A stretch of 63,185 bases of DNA, filler included, from Licmophora abbreviata (taxonomy: Eukaryota): the NCBI GenBank assembly GCA_900291995.1. It is 20 parts of 20 records of this genome, joined end to end, with 100 filler letters (N's around TTAATTAATTAA, not from the genome) between each part and the next. Parts side by side here need not be neighbours in the genome. Positions count along the whole stretch, not along the records: positions 61,649 to 63,185 come from OLMU01003804.1; 19 more parts are not named here. The stretch is one strand, 5' to 3'. The position numbers and the translations under genes are program-made. The notes beneath the pieces are model-generated. The model saw nothing but the letters and a program-made list of their open reading frames with translations. It searched no databases and was not told where the DNA came from. Positions 62,474 to 63,185 of the stretch are shown here, in pieces (the stretch's first letter is position 1; each line of letters begins with the position of its first letter).

Positions 62474-63185
62474 GCTCGGACCTCCTTCGTGTGTTGGTCG
62501 AATGTGGCTTTGGCCCGGCCCCAGACGCCAGCGTCGAGCGCGTCGAGCGTCAGCAGGGAGGGCAGAAGCTGAGCCGCGTAATCCAGCGAGGATTCGAGCG
62601 GCAGGAGCGAGGGCAGATTGTCGATCGCCATGACATCGAGCGGCGGGGTGTCATGCACGCGCGCAACCGGCGCGTCCCATGTGGTGGCCGAGGCATAGAC
62701 CGGAACCGGGTTGTAATCGCTGTCGGGGTCGCAGGCGACATCGCCGATCACGGCCAGGCGGCGGTTTGCCGTCAGGGCGCTTTGCGGCACGAAGACGGGT
62801 GTGCCGGGGCGCGCGAAGATGCAGTTGAGAAAGATGTCATGGGCCAGGATTTCTGGGAAGGGGCCGCCATGGGCGGTTTCGGCCATGTCCCACCGTGTCG
62901 GGGTCATGTCCATCGCGGTGCACAGATCGGCCGCGCCGGTGCCCACCCGGCCAAGGGCGCCGATGACGATTGCACTTGGGCGCTTGGTTCCGGTGGCGTC
63001 GAGCCGCGCGCCCAGATCGGCCAAGAGCGCGTCCTTGTCGGCAAAGGCCGAAACGGGCGGGCAGAGGCCGCCTTGGGCTTGCGCGGCCCAGGCCATCAAG
63101 CTGACAGCCGCCCCGGCATAGCCTGCCCAATAGCCGAAGGCCGCGACGCGGCGGCCTTCGGGATCCACGAGATATTCCAGATCAT
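62470..63185 (-). CDS. Saccharopine dehydrogenase, lysine-forming/LYS1-like (5' end outside window)
   Basis: DLEYL...RRVAAFGYWAG, GALGRVG, GGPFPEI and IDNLPSLLP. Confidence 0.9.
   Translation of the reverse strand, partial: DLEYLVDPEGRRVAAFGYWAGYAGAAVSLMAWAAQAQGGLCPPVSAFADKDALLADLGARLDATGTKRPSAIVIGALGRVGTGAADLCTAMDMTPTRWDMAETAHGGPFPEILAHDIFLNCIFARPGTPVFVPQSALTANRRLAVIGDVACDPDSDYNPVPVYASATTWDAPVARVHDTPPLDVMAIDNLPSLLPLESSLDYAAQLLPSLLTLDALDAGVWGRAKATFDQHTKEVRA

Overview
GC-rich (about 60-68% by eye) alphaproteobacterial DNA. Gene content and order indicate Rhodobacteraceae/Roseobacter-group chromosome. It is a draft scaffold with 19 artificial 100-bp gaps (N-runs carrying a TTAATTAATTAA linker), so many genes are split or truncated. 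Content is mostly core metabolism: MORN protein and nadE, gltX, glycine riboswitch with gcvTHP, ybbAP/tesA, two cold-shock genes, ettA, nadD/dacB, a glycerol cluster (glpR, glpD, ABC transporter, glpK), glmM/ugd, crcB/rluC/ATP12, aapJQMP, sixA-ferredoxin-argB-yihA-MOSC-yidC-ttcA, cydAB, tlpA/argH/lysA/TIGR02302/ftsE and a saccharopine dehydrogenase pair. I found no rRNA, tRNA, CRISPR array, transposase, integrase or phage gene. The most unusual signals are non-coding. (1) An 84-bp dispersed intergenic element occurs three times (4167-4250, 44522-44605, 50915-50998) with terminal inverted repeats, an invariant 20-bp core and a variable middle of fixed length. (2) An AT-rich double palindrome with an IHF consensus lies inside ttcA, near an apparent synteny break and a strand-skew switch. 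(3) The two csp paralogues share a structured 5' leader. (4) An orphan, extended BrnA-like gene is preceded by 11-bp phased repeats. (5) CtrA-like promoters point at unexplained DNA. All functional calls come from motif recognition; no database searches were run.
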